From positions 544,001-608,000 of the forward strand of contig JAXGYC010000007.1 in the NCBI GenBank assembly GCA_040772485.1: a stretch of 64,000 nt of DNA. The letters are read 5' to 3'. The stretch is from Sedimentisphaerales bacterium (GTDB lineage Bacteria; Planctomycetota; Phycisphaerae; Sedimentisphaerales; Anaerobacaceae). Shown piece by piece: positions 9,262 through 19,585 of this stretch (its first letter is position 1; the number at the start of each line of letters is the position of its first letter). The notes beneath the pieces were generated by a model, which saw only the letters and a list, made by a program, of their open reading frames with translations, was not told the DNA's origin and ran no database searches. Made by a program: the position numbers and the translations under genes.

Positions 9262-11805
9262 CTATTCGTACTGCAGGGCCGTCTTCGGGTCGACTCTGAG
9301 CGCCCGCCGGGCCGGGATATACGTGGCCAGCAGTGAAGTCGCTGTGAGCACAACCACGGTGACAACGATGCTCACGAGATCAATGCTACTGATGCCTTGG
9401 ACCGCGCTGCGAATCACTCGCGTCATGACGAACGCCAGCAGCATGCCGGCCAGCAGCCCTGCGAACGTCGATGTGGCGCCCTGACGCAGCACCAGGGTCA
9501 GAATGTCCCGCCGGGTGGCGCCCAACGCCATGCGGATGCCAATCTCAGGGGTTCGCGAGGCGACCATGTGGCTCTTGACGGCGTAAAGGCCCAGGCCGGC
9601 CAGGAACAGAGCCATGGCCCCGAACATCACGGCCAGTCGGGCCACGGCTCGCGCGAGCAACACCGTGGGATCGTTGCGATGTCGATCCGCCAGAGACGCT
9701 ACCGAGACGACCGGCAGACGAGGATCGAGCTCTCGAATGCGTGCACCGATGGTGCGCACGAGCGCGGCCTCCGCTCCGGGCGCCGCACTTCTGGCACGCA
9801 GATGGATCGATTCGGGCACGCTTTGGGCTCCGAGTGGTGTATAGACATGGGGTTGGATTTGGCCATTGCCCCAAACGCTCCGCAGGTTCGGTACGATACC
9901 GATCACTTGGTAGGGCCCCGAGCCATACTGGATGAGACAGCCAAGGGCACTACCCTCCGGCCGGAGTTTACGGGCCAGAAGCTCATCGATGATCACGACT
10001 TTTTCTGCATCAGGGGCACTGTCGAGAGGGCGAAAGACCCGACCCTGCAGGAGCCGAATGCCCATCGCTTCGAAGTAGTCGCCGTCTACCTCATACTCGT
10101 GAAGTGGCTTCGTCAATAGGCTGCCTGACGCGTCATCTTCGCGGCCCGGTACGTACTCGACGACTCTTTCGCGAACCCAGGGCCCCCACTCCACGTCCAC
10201 AGGCGACTTAAAAGATAGGCCAACCGCCTGAATCTCGGGATTTTCCTTCAACCGCTCAGCCAGGGCCTGGCAAGCTTGCTTTGCCTGAGCATCCCTGTAG
10301 CCTCCCGCGTAAGGATCCAAGTTGACGATCAACTTCCCATCCAGGCCGAAACCACGTTCGGCCCGGGCGGCACTCAGCGCGGTTCGAGCCAATAGGGTCG
10401 CGCACATGACCAGCGCGAAAGTGAGGGCCATTTGACAGAGCACCGACAGGCCGCGGGGGACGAACCATCGCCGATTGCGCGTGGCGCGCAGTATACCTCG
10501 GCCGGATTCTTTCAGATCGCCAACAAGATCGCGTCCCGATAGGCGCAGGGCCGGTCTCAACCCGAAGAGCACCGTGGCAATCAAACAGAAACCCAAGGTG
10601 GCCCCCAGGACGCGTATATCCAGCGTGATTCCCTCAGCGATGGCCTCCCCCAACTGCATCGGGAGTTGGCCCATCGCCGCCCACAGCTTGAGAACCCGGA
10701 CACCCCAGAAGGCCACGCCCATAGCCAGAATGCCACCGAAGACAGCCAAGAGAAGGGATTCGGCCAGCAACTGCCGCACGATCCTCAAACGCCCCCCGCC
10801 GATGGCCGCACGGATGGCGATTTCCCGTTGGCGCTCCACCCCTTGAACCACAATCATATTCGCCAGATTCAGACAGGCAATGAGCAAGACGACCCCCGAT
10901 ATTCCCATCAACCCCAGACTGATACGACCCAAGGCGGACCTGTCATTGTCGATACCACCGGCGCTGAGTCTGGGCAACGGGTGGAGTTCAAACCAGACCT
11001 CCTCTATCTCTGTCGACCCGAACCTGGGCCTGTTGAACATCCAAGGGTCAATCTGCTTCAGGCGTGGGAGCACAGATTGCAGCCATGCCTGGGCCTCCGA
11101 TCGACTCACGCCAGGTTTGAGTCGTCCTACTAAGACCGACGGCGCATAGTGCCATCGTTCATCGGTCTTCTCCGGCTTCTTTTTATAGATTCTACCCACA
11201 AGACCATACGTGCCCAAAGGCAACCAGACGTCGGGGCAGATGACGGATGCGCCTGCGAATGCCCTTGGCATCACGCCGATGATTCTGAAGAGCTTACCAG
11301 AGAGGCGCACATATTGGCCCCCGATCTCGGGCTCAGCGCCCAGACGCTGCCAAGTTCGGTAGCTCAGGACCACCACTGGCTCAGCACCAGCGACTTCCTC
11401 CTCAGGCAGGAACGTCCGCCCATAAAGGGGGGATCCCCCCAGGGCGCTGAAGTAGTTGGCCGAGACGTATAGCGGATCCACATGTCTTACCATACCGTCT
11501 CTTACCAGAGTACAGGTTCTTCTGCCGTAACTGTGGGAGATGAGATCGCTGAACACCGGATTATTATCACGTAGCTCGACATAGCCCGGATAAAAGACGA
11601 GACGTGTTACGTTAAATTCGCAGCGCACCAATCGGTCAGGGTCTTTGATGGGCAGCGGTCGAAAGAGCAGCGTATTGACCACGCTGAACATAATCGTGTT
11701 GGCCCCGATGCCGATCGCCAGCGTAATCAGGGCAATCGCCGTGAAGCCGCGATTCTTCGCCAGCATCCGCAAACCGAATCTGATATCCTGCCACAAGGTC
11801 GTCAT
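9262..11805 (-). CDS. ABC transporter permease, ADOP type (copy 4)
   Basis: Same ADOP motifs, 847 aa. Confidence 0.95.
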   Translation of the reverse strand: MTTLWQDIRFGLRMLAKNRGFTAIALITLAIGIGANTIMFSVVNTLLFRPLPIKDPDRLVRCEFNVTRLVFYPGYVELRDNNPVFSDLISHSYGRRTCTLVRDGMVRHVDPLYVSANYFSALGGSPLYGRTFLPEEEVAGAEPVVVLSYRTWQRLGAEPEIGGQYVRLSGKLFRIIGVMPRAFAGASVICPDVWLPLGTYGLVGRIYKKKPEKTDERWHYAPSVLVGRLKPGVSRSEAQAWLQSVLPRLKQIDPWMFNRPRFGSTEIEEVWFELHPLPRLSAGGIDNDRSALGRISLGLMGISGVVLLIACLNLANMIVVQGVERQREIAIRAAIGGGRLRIVRQLLAESLLLAVFGGILAMGVAFWGVRVLKLWAAMGQLPMQLGEAIAEGITLDIRVLGATLGFCLIATVLFGLRPALRLSGRDLVGDLKESGRGILRATRNRRWFVPRGLSVLCQMALTFALVMCATLLARTALSAARAERGFGLDGKLIVNLDPYAGGYRDAQAKQACQALAERLKENPEIQAVGLSFKSPVDVEWGPWVRERVVEYVPGREDDASGSLLTKPLHEYEVDGDYFEAMGIRLLQGRVFRPLDSAPDAEKVVIIDELLARKLRPEGSALGCLIQYGSGPYQVIGIVPNLRSVWGNGQIQPHVYTPLGAQSVPESIHLRARSAAPGAEAALVRTIGARIRELDPRLPVVSVASLADRHRNDPTVLLARAVARLAVMFGAMALFLAGLGLYAVKSHMVASRTPEIGIRMALGATRRDILTLVLRQGATSTFAGLLAGMLLAFVMTRVIRSAVQGISSIDLVSIVVTVVVLTATSLLATYIPARRALRVDPKTALQYE

Positions 11806-11909
11806 TGCATGACTCCGGTTCGCAGTTCTCAGTTGTCGGTTCTCAGTTGTCAGTTATCGGCGGTCAGGAACCTGCCGCGGACTGTCAACTGTGAACTGTC
11901 AACTCATCC
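11806..11909. repeat. Heptamer inverted-array spacer (104 bp; 6+4 units)
   Basis: Near-identical to the spacers at 6673, 14421 and 17027. Confidence 0.95.
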
Positions 11910-14420
11910 CTATTCGTAGCGCAACGCCTCCATCGGGTCGATTCGCGCCGCTCGGCGGGCCGGGACGTAGCCGGCCAGCACCGAAACGATTGCCAGCAGA
12001 GTGACCGTCGCGGCGATGCTCAGCGGATCGAGGGGACTGATGCCGTAGAGTCCGGCGCGAATCAGCCGCGCCAGCGCGCCGGCCAGCAGGATTCCGAGCG
12101 AAAGGCCCACGAATGTCGATACAGCGCCCTGGCGAAACACGAGGCCCAGGATATCGCGCCGGGTGGCGCCCAAGGCCATGCGAATCCCGATCTCGGGAGT
12201 CCGCGACGCGACCATGTGGCCCTTGACCGCGTACAGCCCGAGCCCGGCCAGGAACAGGGCCATGACCCCGAACATGGCCGTCAGCCGGGCAGCCACTGCC
12301 GCCTGTCGTATGGTTCCGTCGTTGCGGTGCTGGTCCGTCAGGCTTATCACCGACACCACCGGCAGGCGCGGATCGATCTTGCGGATCTGTGCGCCAATGC
12401 TCCGGACGAGAGCTGTTTCGACGCTCGGCGCGGTGCTGGCAAGACGCAGGTGGATGTAGACAGGTAGATGGTCATCGCGGATCGGCTCATAGATGTGGGC
12501 CCAGTTCCATGCTTCGCCCGAAAGATCCAACAGACTCGGCACGACCCCAACCACTCGGCACACGTCCAGCTCCGAGCCCCAGCCATGCTGGATCAGGCAA
12601 TCCACGACGTTGCCGTCCGGGCGGAGCTTGCGGGCCAGCAGCTCGTCGATGATCACGACCCGCTCGGCATCGGGAGCGCTGTCGAGCGGTCGGAAGGGTC
12701 GGCCTCGAAGGAGAGGAATTCCCATCGCCTCGAAGTAATTGCCATCAACCTCGAACAGCAGCGGTCCTCTCTCCAGCAGGTTTTTCGAGGGGTCGTCTGC
12801 AACGCCAGGCTCGTAGGCGATGAACCGCTGCGAGAAACCATGTCGTGTATCGCCGACCGGAAACGACGTGGACAGACCCGCGGCCTGGATGCCGGGCGTC
12901 CCCTTGAGGCGTTCCGCCAGCATCTGGCAAGCGGTTGCGGCCTGGGCGTGGGTGTAGCCGCCTGCCAGCGGATCGATCCGGACCACCAGCTTGCCGGCCA
13001 GATCGAAGCCCGGACGCGTTCGCGCGATCCTCAACGCCGTCCGCGTGAACAGCGTCGCGCCCATCACCAGCACGACGGCTAGCGCGATCTGAAGGACCAC
13101 CGACAGACCGCGCGGGATCAAGCGCCGTCGTCGACGCACCGAGCGCACCACCCCGCCGCCTGACTCCTTCAAGTCACTGATAACATCGCGCGCCGATAGA
13201 CGCAGAGCGGGCTTGAGACCGAAGAGCACGGTCGCAATCAGACAGAACCCCAGGGTGGCGCTCAGAACCCGCGAGTCGAACCAAGTCGTCAAGCGAATCG
13301 GCAGGGTTCCCGTGGCCAGCCAGGCGTTGAGAATCCGAACGCCCCAGAAAGCGGGAATCAGGGCCAGAATCCCTCCAAACAGCGCCAGCAGGAACGATTC
13401 GAGGAACAACTGACGGACGATCCGCAGGCGTCCGCCCCCGATGGCCATGCGAATGGCGATCTCCCGCTGCCGCGACACGCCCTGGACCGTGATCATGCTC
13501 GCCAGGTTCAGGCAGGCGATCAGCAGAACGACGCCCGAGATGCCCATCAGAATCGCACTGATGACGCTCAAGGTCTTCGTCTCATCCTCGTCTTCCCCCG
13601 CGCCCATTCGCGCCAGGTGAGCCAGGTACGGTCTGGAGTCGTCCTTCCATCGCCTGGGGTCATGATCCTTGAGGCGCGGCGACATCGCTTGCAGGCGCGC
13701 CTCGGCTTCAGGCATGTTCAGACCGGCCTTGAGCCGTCCGATCAACGTAACGGCCGGGTAATCCCATATCGCCTGCCGCCTTCCCTCCGGCCTCTCCTCA
13801 TCAGGATGGTCGACTGGGCCAAAAGCACCCAGAGGCAACCACAGATCGGGACCCGAGGTGGTCGTGCCGGTGAATCGCTTCGGCGCCACGCCGACGATCC
13901 GACAGGGCGACGCGTTGATGTCCACGTACTGGCCCACGATCTTCGGATCGGCGCCGAGCCGCTGCCAGGTCTGATGGCTCAGGACCACGACCGGCTCGGC
14001 CCCGTAGCGCTCTTCCTCAGGCTGGAAGGTTCGTCCATACGCCGGAACGACCCCCAACACGGAGAAGTAGTTGGCCGAGACGTACATCAAATCCATGTGT
14101 CGAACCACGTCACCCTGGACCCAGGTGCCCCGACAGTAGCCATAATTGTGGGCGATCAGGTCGCTGAACACAGGGTTGTCATCCCGCATGTCGGTGTACA
14201 TCGTGTAGGTGATCAGGCCGAAGTTGCGAATCCCGCAGTACACCAGCCGGTCGGGATCTTTCACGTGCATCGGGCGAAACAGCATCGCGTTGACCACACT
14301 GAACATGATCGTGTTGGCGCTGATGCCGACCGCCAGCGTCACCAGAGCGATCGCTGTGAACCCGCGATTCTTCGCCAGCATCCGCAATCCGTATCGGACA
14401 TCCGGCCATAGCGTCGTCAT
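11910..14420 (-). CDS. ABC transporter permease, ADOP type (copy 3)
   Basis: Same ADOP motifs, 836 aa. Confidence 0.95.
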   Translation of the reverse strand: MTTLWPDVRYGLRMLAKNRGFTAIALVTLAVGISANTIMFSVVNAMLFRPMHVKDPDRLVYCGIRNFGLITYTMYTDMRDDNPVFSDLIAHNYGYCRGTWVQGDVVRHMDLMYVSANYFSVLGVVPAYGRTFQPEEERYGAEPVVVLSHQTWQRLGADPKIVGQYVDINASPCRIVGVAPKRFTGTTTSGPDLWLPLGAFGPVDHPDEERPEGRRQAIWDYPAVTLIGRLKAGLNMPEAEARLQAMSPRLKDHDPRRWKDDSRPYLAHLARMGAGEDEDETKTLSVISAILMGISGVVLLIACLNLASMITVQGVSRQREIAIRMAIGGGRLRIVRQLFLESFLLALFGGILALIPAFWGVRILNAWLATGTLPIRLTTWFDSRVLSATLGFCLIATVLFGLKPALRLSARDVISDLKESGGGVVRSVRRRRRLIPRGLSVVLQIALAVVLVMGATLFTRTALRIARTRPGFDLAGKLVVRIDPLAGGYTHAQAATACQMLAERLKGTPGIQAAGLSTSFPVGDTRHGFSQRFIAYEPGVADDPSKNLLERGPLLFEVDGNYFEAMGIPLLRGRPFRPLDSAPDAERVVIIDELLARKLRPDGNVVDCLIQHGWGSELDVCRVVGVVPSLLDLSGEAWNWAHIYEPIRDDHLPVYIHLRLASTAPSVETALVRSIGAQIRKIDPRLPVVSVISLTDQHRNDGTIRQAAVAARLTAMFGVMALFLAGLGLYAVKGHMVASRTPEIGIRMALGATRRDILGLVFRQGAVSTFVGLSLGILLAGALARLIRAGLYGISPLDPLSIAATVTLLAIVSVLAGYVPARRAARIDPMEALRYE

Positions 14421-14524
14421 TGTGTGACTCCAGTTCGCAGTTCACAGTTGTCGGTTCTCAGTTGTCAGTTATCGGCGGTCAGGAATCTGCTGCGAACTGT
14501 CAACTGTGAACTGCCAACTCATCC
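14421..14524. repeat. Heptamer inverted-array spacer (104 bp; 6+4 units)
   Basis: Near-identical to the other spacers. Confidence 0.95.
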
Positions 14525-17026
14525 CTATTCGTAGCGCAGCGCCTCCATCGGATCGACCTTGGCCGCTCGACGGGCCGGAACGTAGCCAGCCAGCAGCGAG
14601 GCGGCACCGAGCAGGGTCACGGTTGCCACGATACTGACCGGATCGAGCGGACTGATGCCGTAGAGAAGGCTGGCCGACACGCGCGCCACGCCCAAACCCA
14701 GGAGCAATCCGACTGCCAGGCCCACCAGCGTCACCACCAGTCCCTCGCGCAGGACCATACTCATGATACTTCTCTCCGTTGCCCCCAGAGCCTTGCGGAT
14801 CCCGATTTCTGAGGTTCGTGAGGCGACCATATAGCCCTTGATGGCGTAGATCCCCAGCGATGCCAGAAACAGAGCGGCTGCGCCAGCAGCAAGCGCCAGT
14901 CGTGCGCTGAAGCTGGCCATCCATACGGAAGCATCGTCGCGATACCTGTCGGCGAGTGTCACCGCTGAAAGCACAGGCACGCGCGGGTCCGCCTGATGGA
15001 TCTCCTGAGAAACCCGCTGGACCAACACATCTGCCGCCCCCGCGTCCTTGATGAGCAGATAGAAGTACGGGGACAACTGATCCGGTCGGGTGGGTTTGTA
15101 CATCTGCGCGTGGACCTCGCGGTCCGCAATGCCCGGCACATTGGCAACGATTCCGACCACCCGGTAAGGATCGGAATACTCCGTGGAGAAACCCCATTCG
15201 ATGAAGCAGCCAAGAGCGTTCCCGTCCGGGCGAAGCTTGCGCGCCAGAGTCTCGTCGATGATGGTGACTCTCTCCGCATTCGGCACATGATCGAGTCGAT
15301 TGAACAGACGACCCTGCAAAAGCGGTACCTCCAGTGCCGTGAAATAGTCCCGGCCCACATCGGGTGTAGCGGCCCACCGCGCGATCCGTTTCCTCGTCCC
15401 ACTCTCTTCGGTTCCCGGCGCGACCTCGTAGATCGACATGACATCGCGCCCCCCGAAGAAGAACCGATGCGAGGTCCCCAGCGCCTCGACCTCGGGCAGC
15501 GACGCGAGGTAATCCGCCAGAGCCTCGCACGCCTGGATGCTGCGGACGCGGTCATATCCCGCCGAGAGGGGGTCGATGTGGACGAGCAGCTTGTCCTCCA
15601 GAGGAAACCGCCGATCCGGCTGGGCCAGGTGCAGGGCGCTGCGCGTCAACAGCGTCGCGCTGAGCACCAGCATCACGGCCAAGGCGATCTGGCCTGCCAG
15701 CGAGAGACCGCCCCGCTTTCTACGAAGCGCTCCGAGCACGCTGCCACCGGCGTCTTTCATCTCACTCGCAATGTCACGCTTGGAGAGCTTCAGAGCAGGC
15801 CGCAGTCCAAACAGCAGCGTGGCAATCAGGCAGAAGCCCAGAGTCGCCCCCAGGACACGCAGGTTCAGGCAGGGCTGTAAAGTCCTCAATTCCGGATCGT
15901 GCGCGGCCGCAATCCACGCGCGGAGGATGCTCGTACCCCAGAAGGCAAGTAGAAGCCCGAGAATGCCTCCCAACATCGCCAGCAGCCAAGACTCGATAAG
16001 CAACTGCCGGATGATCCGCCAGCGGCCCCCGCCGATCGCCATACGGATGGCGATCTCGCGATGGCGCGAGGCCCCCTGGACGATCAGCATGTTCGCCAGA
16101 TTCAGGCAGGCAATCAGCAGGATGATCGCGGAGACCGCCATCAGGACTGCACTGAAGATGGCCATGCTAAGACATTCATCTTCGACCTTACTGTATATCA
16201 TGATCCGGCCGGGCGGGCGCAGGGCCAGAGTGGAATGGTCTCGCCACTGCTTGGGATACTCCTGTTTGAAACGCGGGACCAGCGCCTGTAATTGGGCTTG
16301 GGCCACCGACATGCTCACGCCGGGTTTCAGCCGCCCCACGAGATCGAGCGTCGGGTAGTTTCGGTCCGGCCCGGCATTTGCCCGAGGCGCATGCCCTCGG
16401 GCCAGTTCCGCCACCGCCAGATAGCTGCCCAGCGGAAGCCAGAGATCGGGACCGAGGATTGTGACGCCGGTGAAGCCTGCCGCAGCGACACCGACCACTT
16501 GGCAACGGACGCCGTTGGCGCTGAGGAATTGACCGACGATATTCGGGTCGGCACCAAGACGCTGCCACGTGCGATGCGCCAGAACCACGACCGGCGTACC
16601 ACCCACCTGCTCCTCCTCGGGCAGGAAGCCCCTTCCCAGGGCCGGGGTCACCCCCAGAAACGAGAAGTAGTTCCCCGAAACGTACGTCACGCGCACCTGG
16701 CGAACCGAATCCCTGTCAACCAGGGTGGTAGGCCTCGGATCATCGCTCTGGGCCATGACGTCACGGAAGGCCAAATCGCTGTCACGCACCGTACGATACG
16801 CAGAATGACGAAATCCCCCAAAATAGGCGTCCTGAATCGCGCAGTAGGCCAGTTGCTCGGGATCTTTCGCGTATCTCGGACGCAACAGCAGCAGATCGGA
16901 AATGCTGAACATGATCGTGTTGGCGCCGATGCCGACCGCCAGCGTGATCAGGGCAATCGCCGTGAACCCGCGGTTCTTCGCCAGCATTCGAAGACCGTAG
17001 CGGATGTCTTGCCAGAGCGTCGTCAT
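14525..17026 (-). CDS. ABC transporter permease, ADOP type (copy 2)
   Basis: Same ADOP motifs, 833 aa. Confidence 0.95.
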   Translation of the reverse strand: MTTLWQDIRYGLRMLAKNRGFTAIALITLAVGIGANTIMFSISDLLLLRPRYAKDPEQLAYCAIQDAYFGGFRHSAYRTVRDSDLAFRDVMAQSDDPRPTTLVDRDSVRQVRVTYVSGNYFSFLGVTPALGRGFLPEEEQVGGTPVVVLAHRTWQRLGADPNIVGQFLSANGVRCQVVGVAAAGFTGVTILGPDLWLPLGSYLAVAELARGHAPRANAGPDRNYPTLDLVGRLKPGVSMSVAQAQLQALVPRFKQEYPKQWRDHSTLALRPPGRIMIYSKVEDECLSMAIFSAVLMAVSAIILLIACLNLANMLIVQGASRHREIAIRMAIGGGRWRIIRQLLIESWLLAMLGGILGLLLAFWGTSILRAWIAAAHDPELRTLQPCLNLRVLGATLGFCLIATLLFGLRPALKLSKRDIASEMKDAGGSVLGALRRKRGGLSLAGQIALAVMLVLSATLLTRSALHLAQPDRRFPLEDKLLVHIDPLSAGYDRVRSIQACEALADYLASLPEVEALGTSHRFFFGGRDVMSIYEVAPGTEESGTRKRIARWAATPDVGRDYFTALEVPLLQGRLFNRLDHVPNAERVTIIDETLARKLRPDGNALGCFIEWGFSTEYSDPYRVVGIVANVPGIADREVHAQMYKPTRPDQLSPYFYLLIKDAGAADVLVQRVSQEIHQADPRVPVLSAVTLADRYRDDASVWMASFSARLALAAGAAALFLASLGIYAIKGYMVASRTSEIGIRKALGATERSIMSMVLREGLVVTLVGLAVGLLLGLGVARVSASLLYGISPLDPVSIVATVTLLGAASLLAGYVPARRAAKVDPMEALRYE

Positions 17027-17116
17027 TGCATGACTCCAGTTCGCAGTTCACAGTTGTCGGTTCTCAGTTGTCAGTTATCGGCGGTCAGGAATCTGCTGCG
17101 AACTGTCAACTCATCC
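17027..17116. repeat. Heptamer inverted-array spacer (90 bp; 6+2 units)
   Basis: As the 14421 spacer but 14 bp (two units) shorter. Confidence 0.95.
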
Positions 17117-19585
17117 CTATTCGTAACGCAATGCCTCCATCGGATCGACCTTCGCGGCCCGCCGGGCCGGAAGGTAACCAGCCAACAGCGAGGCGGCCCC
17201 GAGTAGAACGACGGTTGCGACGATGCTGACCGGATCGATCGGGCTGATGCCATAAAGCAAGCTGGCGGCGATCTTGGCCACACCCAATCCCATGAGCAAT
17301 CCAGCGATCAGTCCCACCATCGTCAGCACCAATCCCTCCCGCAACACCATGCCCATCACATTCCCCTGCGTGGCCCCCAGGGCCATGCGAATACCGATTT
17401 CTGAGGTGCGTGAGGCGACCATGTAGCCCTTGATCGCATAGATGCCCAGTGCTGATAGAAACAACGCTGTAGCCCCAGCTACCAATCCCAAGCGGGCGCA
17501 GAATCTTGCTCGCCATACGGCCGCATCCCCATCGCGTCTCTGAGCCAAAGTCACCACCGGTAGGACCGGAACGCGTGCATCAATCCTGCGAATCTCCTCC
17601 ACTATGCGCCGTCGCAAGGCATCCACCGACTCCCTGTTGGCGGCATGTACGTAAAGACAGGGAGACAACTCTTCCGATCCAGCAGGTGTATACATCTGGG
17701 GATAGACCTCTCGATCTCTTACGCCCGGCAAGTTGGGGACGATGCCCACAACACGGTAAGGTTCCGAATGTTCACTATAAAAACCCCATCGGATAGAACA
17801 GCCGAGCACATTACCGTCCGGCCGAAGCCGGCGTGCCAGGCTCTCATCGATAATCGCGACCTTCTCCGCGTTCGGGACTCGGTCCATCGGAGTGAAGAAT
17901 CGCCCCTGCAAAAGCGGGATCTCCAGGGCCGTGAAATAGTCCCGGCTGACCGTGACCAGCATAGCCTTCCGGGTGAAAGGTCTCCACAATCCGCCCTGAA
18001 AAGTCTCGCTAATCGATATCGGCCCGCCACCCCCGTAGAACGATCGGGTTGATGCCCCCAATGCTCTTACCTCCGGGAGCGATGCCAGATGATCTGTCAA
18101 GGCCTCGCATACCTGAACACTACGGGCCGGGCCGTACCCGGCCGCCAGCGGATCGATCTTCACAATCAACTTGTCATCCAGGGGAAAACGCGAATCGGGT
18201 CGTGCTATTCGCAGGGCACTGCGTGTCAGCAGCATTGCGCTGAGCACAAGCGAGACAGCCAGGGCGATCTGCCCCATCACAGCGAGTGCATCTCGCCTGC
18301 TCCGCAGGGATCCCAGGACACTACCGGCACAAGCCTTCATCTCGCCGGCAAGATCACGCTTTGACAACCACAATGCAGGTCTCAATCCGAAGAGCAGCGT
18401 GGCGATCAGGCACAGGCCCAACGTGACCGCCAGGACACGACTATTCAAACTCGCCTGCAGACCTCTTGCGTAGTAGTCCGGAGTGGTGGTCATCCAGGTA
18501 TTAGGGACTTTCATACTTCCGAAAGCCAGCAGCACACCTAATATGCCGCCCAGCAGGGCCAAGAGCAGCGATTCAGTGAACAACTGTCGAATAATGCGCC
18601 AGCGTCCCCCGCCAAGGGCCAGGCGTACAGTTATCTCATGTTGGCGCGCTGCCCCTTGCACAATCAACATATTCGCCAGATTCAAACAGGCGATCACCAG
18701 TATGATAGCGGATGTCGCTAAGAGTATGACATTGAACAAGGGCTTGCGCAAATAGTCCTCTTCATCATACTCAAGGAACAACCAGAACCGGCTTGGCTTG
18801 CGGAGCTTGAAAAAAGGCGGCCGGCTGTCACGCTCAAGGCCTTCAGGTTTGAATTCCGAAAACAACGACTGGAGCTGCACCTGGGCGACCGGCAGCGTCA
18901 AATCAGGTTTGAGACGACCGACGAGGTCAAACCACAGTTGGTGTTTCGGCCACTGTCGAGCCTGTTTGGAGACAGCTCGGTAGCTTCCCAGCGGCAGCCA
19001 TAGGTCAGGACCGTTGAACGTGACACCGGTAAATCCCTTTGGCATAATGCCGACGACCTCACAACGAACACCATCAACCATCACAAATTGCCCGATAAGT
19101 TCAGGATCGCTCCTCAGACGTTGCCAGCAGAGCCAGCTCAACACCACAACACGAGCGTCACCCTGCTCTTCTTCCGGCACAAAACTGCGTCCTCGGATCG
19201 GCGTCACTCCCAGAACGGAGAAGTAGTTCGCTGAGACATAGGACTCCTCAACTTGCTGGACCGATCCTCCATGAACCAGAGTTCCCCCAAGCGGCAAAGC
19301 TTGAGCCAAGAGATCGCTAAAGACCAGGGCACTGTTACGGACAGTAAGATACTCCGAGTAACGAAATCCGAGTGCTTCCGGGTCTTGAAATCCACAATAC
19401 ACCAACTGCTCAGGTGCTTTCACTTTTCCCGGATGAGCCAGCAACAACAGATCGGTGATGCTGAACATGATCGTATTGGCGCCGATGCCGACCGCCAGCG
19501 TAATCAGGGCAACCGCTGTGAACCCGCGGTTCTTCACCAGCATGCGCAACCCGTACTTGACGTCCTGCCAGAGCGCCGCCGTCAT
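17117..19585 (-). CDS. ABC transporter permease, ADOP type (copy 1)
   Basis: Same ADOP motifs. ATGA overlap with the ATPase gene. Confidence 0.95.
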   Translation of the reverse strand: MTAALWQDVKYGLRMLVKNRGFTAVALITLAVGIGANTIMFSITDLLLLAHPGKVKAPEQLVYCGFQDPEALGFRYSEYLTVRNSALVFSDLLAQALPLGGTLVHGGSVQQVEESYVSANYFSVLGVTPIRGRSFVPEEEQGDARVVVLSWLCWQRLRSDPELIGQFVMVDGVRCEVVGIMPKGFTGVTFNGPDLWLPLGSYRAVSKQARQWPKHQLWFDLVGRLKPDLTLPVAQVQLQSLFSEFKPEGLERDSRPPFFKLRKPSRFWLFLEYDEEDYLRKPLFNVILLATSAIILVIACLNLANMLIVQGAARQHEITVRLALGGGRWRIIRQLFTESLLLALLGGILGVLLAFGSMKVPNTWMTTTPDYYARGLQASLNSRVLAVTLGLCLIATLLFGLRPALWLSKRDLAGEMKACAGSVLGSLRSRRDALAVMGQIALAVSLVLSAMLLTRSALRIARPDSRFPLDDKLIVKIDPLAAGYGPARSVQVCEALTDHLASLPEVRALGASTRSFYGGGGPISISETFQGGLWRPFTRKAMLVTVSRDYFTALEIPLLQGRFFTPMDRVPNAEKVAIIDESLARRLRPDGNVLGCSIRWGFYSEHSEPYRVVGIVPNLPGVRDREVYPQMYTPAGSEELSPCLYVHAANRESVDALRRRIVEEIRRIDARVPVLPVVTLAQRRDGDAAVWRARFCARLGLVAGATALFLSALGIYAIKGYMVASRTSEIGIRMALGATQGNVMGMVLREGLVLTMVGLIAGLLMGLGVAKIAASLLYGISPIDPVSIVATVVLLGAASLLAGYLPARRAAKVDPMEALRYE

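Noticed and set aside
4156..19585. Classical integron or diversity-generating retroelement
   Set aside because: No IntI or reverse transcriptase, the spacers are heptamer arrays and not recognisable attC sites, and no adenine-specific TR/VR pair was seen.
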